A stretch of 20,000 bases of DNA, taken from the IMG/VR virus record IMGVR_UViG_3300025168_000070. One strand, given 5' to 3'. Source of the DNA: an uncultured virus (IMG/VR IMGVR_UViG_3300025168_000070) (Duplodnaviria > Heunggongvirae > Uroviricota > Caudoviricetes). Positions 8,886-16,034 of this stretch are shown here, piece after piece; the first letter of the stretch is position 1; each line of letters starts with the position of its first letter. The notes beneath the pieces were generated by a model that was not told where the DNA came from, ran no database searches, and saw only the letters and a program-made list of their open reading frames with translations. A program made the translations under genes and the position numbers.

Positions 8886-9161
8886 CTAAAGCATTTGATA
8901 AATAATAAACAATATCATACCCATACCACCAGTAGTTTGTGCTACTCTCTTGGTAATAAACCGGTCTAAACTGTAAACAGGACCATCTAGTATCTTTTCT
9001 TGGTTGTTTTTAACTACGCCAAGTGAAGTTTCGACTTCACTCAATCTTAATCCGTGAGTTGAATGTTCCTTCTGTTGTTCTCTTAATACGGTTTTAATAT
9101 CTGAAACATCATCTCTTACTAAATCTAACCTTGCCATTACAGCAAGTGTGGCATCATCCAT
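8886..9161 (-). CDS. Coiled-coil protein with C-terminal TM helix (holin/XhlA-like architecture)
   Basis: Heptad pattern LDLVRDDVSDIKTVL...LSEVETSL and hydrophobic C-terminus GGMGMILFIIYQML. Confidence 0.6.
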   Translation of the reverse strand: MDDATLAVMARLDLVRDDVSDIKTVLREQQKEHSTHGLRLSEVETSLGVVKNNQEKILDGPVYSLDRFITKRVAQTTGGMGMILFIIYQML

Positions 9162-9219
9162 TATTCAACAACAAATCACTTCGATATATCACTCTTTAGT
9201 TGAATGTATGTTTTTATTC

Positions 9220-9417
9220 TTTTTGTTGTCAAAATTAATAAATACAAATTACTTGCTTTCAGTACAGCGTTTATTTTATTCTTTCATTACTCTATAAGAC
9301 ATTTAGAGATTTATACTACCCCCTTTTACTAAAATACCTTATAGAGTATAAAAAGAATTAAAAAATCGTTATACTGGTCTAAAGTAATCTTTCTGAATTA
9401 ATTAAAAACAACAAAAA
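9220..9417. repeat. Large imperfect palindrome centred at ~9318 in divergent intergenic region
   Basis: Concentric arm pairs: TACTCTATAAG 9288-98 / CTTATAGAGTA 9338-48; CAGTA 9260-64 / TACTG 9372-76; ATTACTT 9248-54 / AAGTAAT 9382-88; ATTAAT 9234-39 / 9397-402; TTTTTGTTGT 9220-29 / ACAACAAAAA 9408-17. Confidence 0.85.
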
Positions 9418-9422
9418 CAATT

Positions 9423-9433
9423 AAAGTTAATAA
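9423..9433 (+). promoter_or_regulatory. BRE/TATA-like promoter for phosphoesterase-terminase operon
   Basis: AAAG-TTAATAA with the box starting 31 nt upstream of ATG 9458. Confidence 0.5.
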
Positions 9434-9457
9434 GGCATCCCTTTCTTAGTACGGTAT

Positions 9458-10690
9458 ATGGGAAGGGGCTCAAGCATGAAACCATCCGAATTGCAGATAA
9501 TACGAAAACACCAAGAAGACTGGCATGAATTAGGTTCAGATACAGCATTTGCTAGGTATCTGAGTAGTGTTTATGATGATAAGTCAACAGAGGCTTGGCG
9601 TTGGCAGGTACGGACCTTTAGAAAAGATTTTTCCGATGAAGTACCTGAAACATTCTATGGTAAGGCTAGTAAACTAGATAACTTTATTCCTAAATCTTGG
9701 GAAGGTACTGCTAGTAGTTTATCTAGAAAATTACACGCAGAACATCCTGAGATAAGTGTTAAGGCTTGGGAGGCTAGAATACACAATGCTAAACATAACA
9801 ACGCAATAACTATCATTGAAAAGAATGAGTTTACTACTACACATCTAAAAGGTATGTCTCAAGGTATAGAAGATTTATGGGCTTCTGTTGAAGAGTTATC
9901 TTCAAAGAGTATTAATAATATGGAAAGTGCTAGATGGGCTGAAATAACATTCAATACCAAAGGGTACATAGGTGTAGCACTAGCAAGCGACCAACATATA
10001 GGTAATAGTTATACGGACCACGCACGTATGCGTGAAGATGCTGAATTAGTCCGTGATACAGATAATTGCTTTGTTATCCACGCTGGAGACTTTATTGACA
10101 ACTTTATGATTGACAAACCAAGACCTGCTATGAAACAAAAAATCCCTCCGTCTGTTCAATGGAAGTTATGCGACCATTACCTAGATATGTTTGAAGATAA
10201 GATATTAGCCGTAGTAGCGGGTAATCACGACCTTTGGACTAGTGGTGCAACAGACTACGACCCTCTTGCTAAAAAAGTAGCAGACTTGGATGTCATCTAT
10301 CACGCCCACGAATTGAATATTCGTCTGTTAGTTAACAATATCCCCTATAACTTCTCTATTAGACATAAAAGAAGAGGTAATTCAGCACTTAACCCTGCTA
10401 GAGTAATTAAAAAGATGTGGGAAGACGGAGAGTGTGATTTCGACATAGGTGTAGTAGGTCATCACCATACACCAGTAATAGAACCATTCACAAGACATGG
10501 TATGGAGCGTTGGGCTATTAGGCCGGGTTCATATAAATTAATAGACAGTTTTGCTGAAATGATTGGTTTTCAGAAAGAAAGGGCTACCTGTCCTATGGTT
10601 ATACTATCCCCTGATAAAAGAAGCATACAAGTATTCTCAGATTTAAGAGATGGCGTTGCTACTCTAAAAACACTTAATGGTGGTAAATAA
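9458..10690 (+). CDS. Calcineurin-like metallophosphoesterase with N-terminal duplicated HTH-like domain
   Basis: All five motifs are present: SDQHIG, GDFIDN, GNHD, RH, GHHH. N-terminal repeats TAFARYLSSVYDDKSTEAWRWQV and SSLSRKLHAEHPEISVKAWEARI. Confidence 0.88.
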   Translation: MGRGSSMKPSELQIIRKHQEDWHELGSDTAFARYLSSVYDDKSTEAWRWQVRTFRKDFSDEVPETFYGKASKLDNFIPKSWEGTASSLSRKLHAEHPEISVKAWEARIHNAKHNNAITIIEKNEFTTTHLKGMSQGIEDLWASVEELSSKSINNMESARWAEITFNTKGYIGVALASDQHIGNSYTDHARMREDAELVRDTDNCFVIHAGDFIDNFMIDKPRPAMKQKIPPSVQWKLCDHYLDMFEDKILAVVAGNHDLWTSGATDYDPLAKKVADLDVIYHAHELNIRLLVNNIPYNFSIRHKRRGNSALNPARVIKKMWEDGECDFDIGVVGHHHTPVIEPFTRHGMERWAIRPGSYKLIDSFAEMIGFQKERATCPMVILSPDKRSIQVFSDLRDGVATLKTLNGGK

Positions 10691-10920
10691 TGAATGAAGG
10701 TTGGGCGACAGACGACTCCTGTGTTGTAATAGGAGAATCTCACGATGACGAAGATTCATTAGTCATTTGTTTGATTGATGAACATGGTTCTATGATGTCT
10801 GCCATATTAGAAAGGTCTGAAATAGAAGGCTTAGTTGATTTTATGGCTGAATGGATAGGTTATCCCTTAATATTGAATAGTAGTAAAATAGGTGGTTATG
10901 ATGACTGGTCTAATGAGTAG
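10690..10920 (+). CDS. Small acidic hypothetical protein
   Basis: 76 aa, TAATG-coupled to the upstream gene with GGTGG SD. Overlaps the terminase start. Confidence 0.65.
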   Translation: MNEGWATDDSCVVIGESHDDEDSLVICLIDEHGSMMSAILERSEIEGLVDFMAEWIGYPLILNSSKIGGYDDWSNE

Positions 10921-12409
10921 TTTTAATTTACAAAGAAGTAAATACGACCATCAACACTTTTACGAATGGTTAGGTTATACTTGGGGTAATCACATAGGTG
11001 ATTGGTTTGAGTTATTTAACGATAGAAAAGGTTCGCAAGTACACCGTGTATTATTGATAGCACCAAGAGACCATAGTAAATCCACTACATTAAGAGTCAA
11101 AGCATTACATTCTGCTTTGTTTGAAAAATGGCGTAATAAACCTTTTACTACTTGGTTGTTCTCTGCTAGTAAAGACCTAGCGGCTAATAGGTTAGAAGAA
11201 ATAAGAGAAGACATGAGAAGACATCCTGACCTATCTAAAATGTTAGATGAGAAGCGTGGCGGTAAATGGGAGTTGCGTTTGACTAATGGTTCTTGGATTA
11301 AAGCCTCATCAGTAGGTTCTGCTATTCGTGGTGAACATCCTGCTCGTATTATCCTAGATGACGTTCTTGATGATTCAGGAGATATGTCTGATGATGTAGT
11401 AAGAAATTGGTTTCGTAAGAAAATGACTCCTATGCTGAGTCCTGATACATCTATATTTGTAGTAGGTACTCCATTAGCCCTTACAGACCTATATCATACA
11501 GAAATGTTGAACAATCAGGCTTGGAAGACTTGGAAGGAAGGTAGTATCTTAAATTACGATGAGTGGTCTAAAGACCCCGATAATGTTATCCCCGAATGTC
11601 TATGGCCTGAATATAGAAGTGTTGAGTTTCTTTTAGAGCAACGTGTTGCTATGGGTGAGTTAGCCTTTTCACAAGAGTACCTATGTAGGGTAGTTGATGA
11701 TGACTCTGCTGTATATCCTTCAAGAATGACTAGAAAAAACTTAGATATGGATGCTATACTAGAATATGATAAGAAACATACTTCTAGATATGTTATTGGT
11801 TTTGACCCTTCACATGGTATAGGTAAAGATTATAGCGTTATGGTTGTGTTAAGGCAAGATACAGAAGGGTTCTTACACGTTGTTAATATTTGGAGGCATA
11901 ATGATTTTGAACCTAGTAAACAAGCAGACGAAATTATTAGGTTATGTTCTCTATATAAGAATCCTGTGTTTGCTGCCGAGTCTGCTGGTTTTCAGAGGTT
12001 GTATCAAGCGTTGCTATTAAACAAAGGAGCCAATGTTGATTATAGAGCAAGTCCAGTACAGAACAGAGTTATGAAGCAATCACTACTTATGAGACTAAGA
12101 AGTTGGTTTGAACAGGGTAAAATTGTTATCCCCTATGGAAACGACCATACTAGAAAGATAATGAATGAGATGTTAGAAGAGTTAGAGACTCATGCTTGGG
12201 ATGGGGGCATCATTGTCGATAAAGGTAGGCATAACGATATTGTTATGGCTCTTGCTCATGCTGTGGACCAGTTTCAAAGTAAGCAAGGAAACACCTCTCC
12301 TATGGTTGGAGGTAGTGCTTCTGTTGGTTCTTGGGGTAAATCTAAGGATGAACCTAGAGGTAAACCTCATAGAGACTCTAACTCTAGGTATGTTAGGTTT
12401 AGACTTTAA
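10892..12409 (+). CDS. terL: Terminase large subunit
   Basis: Walker A APRDHSKST, Walker B IILDD, motif C VGTP, FSQEYLC, RNase H-like nuclease IGFDPS...DYS and HNDIVMALA. True start is probably ATG 10901 (5 nt after AGGTGG) or 10913. Confidence 0.95.
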   Translation: MVMMTGLMSSFNLQRSKYDHQHFYEWLGYTWGNHIGDWFELFNDRKGSQVHRVLLIAPRDHSKSTTLRVKALHSALFEKWRNKPFTTWLFSASKDLAANRLEEIREDMRRHPDLSKMLDEKRGGKWELRLTNGSWIKASSVGSAIRGEHPARIILDDVLDDSGDMSDDVVRNWFRKKMTPMLSPDTSIFVVGTPLALTDLYHTEMLNNQAWKTWKEGSILNYDEWSKDPDNVIPECLWPEYRSVEFLLEQRVAMGELAFSQEYLCRVVDDDSAVYPSRMTRKNLDMDAILEYDKKHTSRYVIGFDPSHGIGKDYSVMVVLRQDTEGFLHVVNIWRHNDFEPSKQADEIIRLCSLYKNPVFAAESAGFQRLYQALLLNKGANVDYRASPVQNRVMKQSLLMRLRSWFEQGKIVIPYGNDHTRKIMNEMLEELETHAWDGGIIVDKGRHNDIVMALAHAVDQFQSKQGNTSPMVGGSASVGSWGKSKDEPRGKPHRDSNSRYVRFRL

Positions 12410-12729
12410 AATGCAAGTATAGCAACAATAGCATCGTTACCGGGGTCTCCTGAGAATACAACAGTTACAGCGTTGTCTCCAGTAGCCTTTGCGGTTTTTA
12501 TGGTTATGTTGTTAGTACCATCGTCTTTTAGGGTTGCGATAATCTTAGAAGCAGTAGTTACTCCAGCAACAGTTAGTGCTTCGCTTGCAGCACCTCCGGC
12601 TGTTGTTACTTCCACAGCGTAATCCGCAAGTACATTAGTTACAGCACTTGATAAGTCTGCTGTATCCACTCCACCATCTTGTATGTGGTGTCCCATTATT
12701 ACATTTTTCAGTTGTCGGTTCTTTGGCAT
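12406..12729 (-). CDS. Small beta-rich putative structural protein
   Basis: 107 aa, A/T/G/V-rich (VEVTTAGGAASEALTVAGVTTASKIIATL...VTVVFSGDPG). Convergent with terL with stops overlapping in TTAA. TTCATATA box 30 nt upstream. Confidence 0.65.
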   Translation of the reverse strand: MPKNRQLKNVIMGHHIQDGGVDTADLSSAVTNVLADYAVEVTTAGGAASEALTVAGVTTASKIIATLKDDGTNNITIKTAKATGDNAVTVVFSGDPGNDAIVAILAF

Positions 12730-12982
12730 AACATATCGTCATGTTCTCTGATATATGAAGATTTTGTAAACTTTATAATCTTTTATAGGGGATTTAGTGG
12801 TTTTGAAAAAAAATAAAAAAAATAACGAGAGGGGGTTGGCGTACTACTGGGTCCACTAGGGTCCCATTTTTGGCCCTAATTTTAGTATAGATTCTTCGGT
12901 TGCTAAATCGAGAAAAACGCTGTACTGAGAGCCTATTAGTCGGTTGCTAAGTGTTAAAAACTAGGATGGTGTCCGAAGAATC

Positions 12983-13486
12983 ATGGAGTTTACAAAAACA
13001 CCCGCAGAGGATGATACCGATAATACGACTAGGGAGGACCCCTTAAGGGGTCCTGACCTTGAAAGACCTGACTTCGGTCCGGCAATTTTTGACCTAGTTT
13101 CAGGAAATGTGTTCAAAGTACCCGTCGAACACTCCTCGATTCAGGCCCTTGAACACTTTAGTGTTCATTTCGATGCTGACCCCACTTCCGAAGAGGCTCA
13201 GTTGCTAATACAGGTTTTAGATAATGACGGCTATTATCAGACAGGTTTTATCTCAATTACAGACTTAGAAACGTATGACTGGGACGCTATCGACCTGATG
13301 CTTGAAGAACTGGTATATCACGATAATTGCGACCAATTTACATCCGTTTTCTGTGCAGAAACGGCGATTGAAGCCCTCGATGATTGGACGGTTATGGTTG
13401 GTCAAATTATGACTAGTGGAATCGCTGTACTGCTCGACTATATCGGCGATTATGATGACCATACGTCGGTTGGTTCTCTATACTGA
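12983..13486 (+). CDS. Extremely acidic hypothetical protein (DNA-mimic candidate)
   Basis: 167 aa with 36 D/E versus 5 K/R by hand count. TTAAAAA box 29 nt upstream. Stop codon lies at the apex of a 9-bp hairpin. Confidence 0.7.
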   Translation: MEFTKTPAEDDTDNTTREDPLRGPDLERPDFGPAIFDLVSGNVFKVPVEHSSIQALEHFSVHFDADPTSEEAQLLIQVLDNDGYYQTGFISITDLETYDWDAIDLMLEELVYHDNCDQFTSVFCAETAIEALDDWTVMVGQIMTSGIAVLLDYIGDYDDHTSVGSLY

Positions 13487-13567
13487 AAGTATAGAGGAAG
13501 GAACTGGGTTCAGTTTGGCTAGAACCGACTGGATTCAGGACCTTCCTACTAACCCCTAAAGGGGTTA
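13476..13567 (+). other. Three tandem hairpins after the acidic gene (terminator / structured 3' UTR or sRNA)
   Basis: CTCTATACT-GAA-AGTATAGAG; AGGAAGG..CTGGGTTCAGTT / GACTGGATTCAG..CCTTCCT with four G-U pairs; TAACCCCT-AA-AGGGGTTA. Confidence 0.65.
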
Positions 13568-14251
13568 ACAACGGACTTTTTACCCTTACCTTCGGTATCG
13601 GTCCAACAATTTTCGGTTGCTAACTACTATGCTTTTTCAATACCGAAGGTATTGGTAAGATATAGTAAGGCCGGTTTTTCTCAGAGATTTTTCTCTCTTT
13701 AGAGAGTCCAAGCAATTTTGGCTATTTTCTTGAAACTAGTTGCTTTAGTTAATATTGAATCGTGATTCAATCGTTTTTACCATTGGTCAAATCTTGCTAT
13801 TTAGATATTGACTGAAAGTCATCCGATTAATAGAGTTTTTTTTGGGTCCGGTCAATTAACTATATTATCAGATAATATAGATAATTGGTTTAATTTTACT
13901 GCTAAAAATGGCTTCAAAAACAATCATCTCGCACGTAGGACTCTCGCACGGGGGGAGACATCAGAAGTCCCTGCGTGGAGTCCGTGTGCGCCACCTATGT
14001 CTCTAAGATTGCCGAAAAAACAAACATCTTGCGTGTGTTCTCCTGTGTACTCTCAGCGTGAAGATATTCTTTAGAATATCCGTGTGGAGTCGTTGCTAGA
14101 AACGGTGCGTATATTTTAATAGACTAAAGTCTAGTAAAATGGTATCCGTGCGCTAAATACCTACTGAGGTATTTTGACTGAAACTTTTGCTCATTTTTTT
14201 TGGTTGATAACTGGAGCAGAGCCAAAAGACGCACGTAGTCTAGTACTAGAC
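13550..14251. repeat. Cluster of short near-perfect palindromes in non-coding DNA
   Basis: Palindromes at 13550-67, 13587-97, 13638-54, 13693-706, 13754-71, 14063-80, 14113-40 and 14238-51. Direct repeat TCTCGCACG twice (13927, 13942). Confidence 0.8.
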
Positions 14252-14290
14252 CGATACTCTTTTAGTGCGTAGGCCTCTGCGAATAGAACG

Positions 14291-15991
14291 ATGGAGATAA
14301 GAAATGAAACCCTTACCCTATGCTTAATGCTGATTGCCACAGTCGGAGGTCTTGTCCTACCTTCGGTTGAAATGGTCTTTGGACTATTCTTTGAATACTT
14401 TGAATTGGTAGTTTCCACACTATCATTCGTTGGCTTCGCAGGAATAGTTTCAGATTCGGACTTACAAGTACTACGACAGAGAATTAAAGGTCGTTATTCA
14501 GGTGCTTACAGGCTGAAAGCCGAGAAATCAAGTGCTTGTCCTGTTTGTGATTATGATATGCAGAATGACGAAGTTGTGAATGTACTTCGACATGATAGAA
14601 GAGGGACTCAATGGGTCCATCTCACCTGTTCCAAAGGAAGAGTACCGGCTGTTCAACGCCGTTCCAAAGGAAACCCAAACGAAGCCAATAAACTGATAGT
14701 TTATACTCATGCTATCGAAGGTCTTTGGAACTATACTCAACCTAGTTATCTTCGATTATCAACCGAATCTAGCAACGGTTTAGACTTCTGTCATCATCCT
14801 GATGTTCAGGCTGATTCATGGTCAAAATTGCCTCGGAGTTTCTTGAATCATTACATGGGTGCCGGAAACCCTCCAACTCCGAAGGAAATACCAAAGAAGC
14901 AACCGGAACCAAAGATTCCTTCAACGCCAAACCCTGCGCCGTCAGAGACTAGCGAAGTTTCAGCGCAAGGAAATGTTATCTTCGATTTAATCAAGCAACC
15001 ATTGAATAACTGGGCTAATCAATTCACAGGAAGCCTTCAAGGCGAATTAAGAAATGAGTTCGATGAAATGATGCAAACTGTTCAGGACATAGCCTCTGCT
15101 GCTCCTCTTCGTCTTACTGCGCTCAAAGATGATACGGTAATATTTGAGGAGAAGGTCCATGCTAGGTTTGGTCGTTTACTTCGTAATTGTCGAACAACGG
15201 TTGCTGATAAGAGACTGGCTTCACTACTAGTAGGACCTGCTGGAAGTGGAAAGACCTACGGTGCTGAACAAGTTTTTAGAGCGTTGCTAAATATTCCAAA
15301 GGAAGCCGGTGGTATTCATAACGCATCAGACTTAGTTATAGTCTCATGTAATGAAGAAATGCTACCAACCGAAATTACTGGCTCAACCATCCCTAATATT
15401 TCAGATGGTAGTCCTATCTATACTATGTCTAAGATAGTCGAGACTTACATTAATGGCGGAGTTCTCATCTTCGATGAGTTTGATAGATTAGCAACCGGAA
15501 CTGCTGTGGCCCTTAATGCTGCTTTAGCAGGTACTAAGTGGCCTCTTCCTGATGGTTCCCTCGCTAAGAGACACGAAGACACTATTTTCATCTGTACTGC
15601 TAATACCTTCGGTCATGGTAGTAATAGAACCTATAATGCTGCTAACAAACTTGACGGAGCAACATTGAATAGATTTGCGGGTGGTATCCTAGAATGGGGA
15701 TACGACCAAGATTTAGAGAAGTCCTTCTGTCCTAATTCTGAATTAAGAAACTTGTTTCTTGATGCTAGGAATAAGATGAATGCTGCTAACATCCAAAGGA
15801 TAATCAGCCCTCGACATCTTCAAACTGCTTACACTATGTCAAAGGTTCATGGTATTCCAATACGTCAAGTCTTCTTAGAAGGACTCGCTGACTGGAATGT
15901 AAATGACCTAAAAATGATTGGTATTGACCCTAACGAAGTTAGCGAATCGGCGAATTATGCCGAGTCCTATGAAATAGGAGGAGCAGTTTGA
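14291..15991 (+). CDS. MoxR/CbbQ/CobS-like AAA+ ATPase with N-terminal hydrophobic segment and Zn-finger-like motif
   Basis: Walker A GPAGSGKT, Walker B LIFDEFD, sensor ICTANT, LDGATLNRF arginine finger, ISPRH sensor 2. N-terminal CPVC...HLTC and a Pro-rich linker. Start codon uncertain. Confidence 0.9.
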   Translation: MEIRNETLTLCLMLIATVGGLVLPSVEMVFGLFFEYFELVVSTLSFVGFAGIVSDSDLQVLRQRIKGRYSGAYRLKAEKSSACPVCDYDMQNDEVVNVLRHDRRGTQWVHLTCSKGRVPAVQRRSKGNPNEANKLIVYTHAIEGLWNYTQPSYLRLSTESSNGLDFCHHPDVQADSWSKLPRSFLNHYMGAGNPPTPKEIPKKQPEPKIPSTPNPAPSETSEVSAQGNVIFDLIKQPLNNWANQFTGSLQGELRNEFDEMMQTVQDIASAAPLRLTALKDDTVIFEEKVHARFGRLLRNCRTTVADKRLASLLVGPAGSGKTYGAEQVFRALLNIPKEAGGIHNASDLVIVSCNEEMLPTEITGSTIPNISDGSPIYTMSKIVETYINGGVLIFDEFDRLATGTAVALNAALAGTKWPLPDGSLAKRHEDTIFICTANTFGHGSNRTYNAANKLDGATLNRFAGGILEWGYDQDLEKSFCPNSELRNLFLDARNKMNAANIQRIISPRHLQTAYTMSKVHGIPIRQVFLEGLADWNVNDLKMIGIDPNEVSESANYAESYEIGGAV

Positions 15992-16028
15992 TTACTGCTT
16001 CTCCTTTGATTTTCAATCAAGGAGGTGA
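15976..16028 (+). promoter_or_regulatory. Two overlapping alternative hairpins plus SD GGAGGTGA between AAA and vWA-like genes
   Basis: Hairpin A 15976-87 / 15994-16005 has the stop codon in its loop. Hairpin B 16001-11 / 16015-24 pairs with the SD. Confidence 0.55.
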
Positions 16029-16034
16029 AAAGAT

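Noticed and set aside
1187..8969. Plus-strand ORFs in the track overlapping the structural module (e.g. 1675-2019, 2303-2635, 3741-4175, 6103-6483, 8571-8969)
   Set aside because: Antisense shadows of well-supported minus-strand genes, with no RBS or recognisable motifs.
10892..12409. Intein or intron in terminase
   Set aside because: 505 aa is a normal TerL length, motifs are contiguous and no splice-junction signatures were seen.
13476..13660. Possible tRNA or known ribozyme
   Set aside because: No cloverleaf or T-loop GTTCRA in a suitable context, and no complete hammerhead core that I could assemble. An Rfam search is needed to exclude this fully.
13808..14074. 88-aa plus-strand ORF within the palindrome field
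   Set aside because: TTG start, no RBS, atypical composition. The region is better explained as non-coding.
13550..14251. Possible CRISPR or mini-CRISPR array
   Set aside because: The palindromes have different arm sequences and irregular spacing. There are no identical direct repeats with unique spacers.
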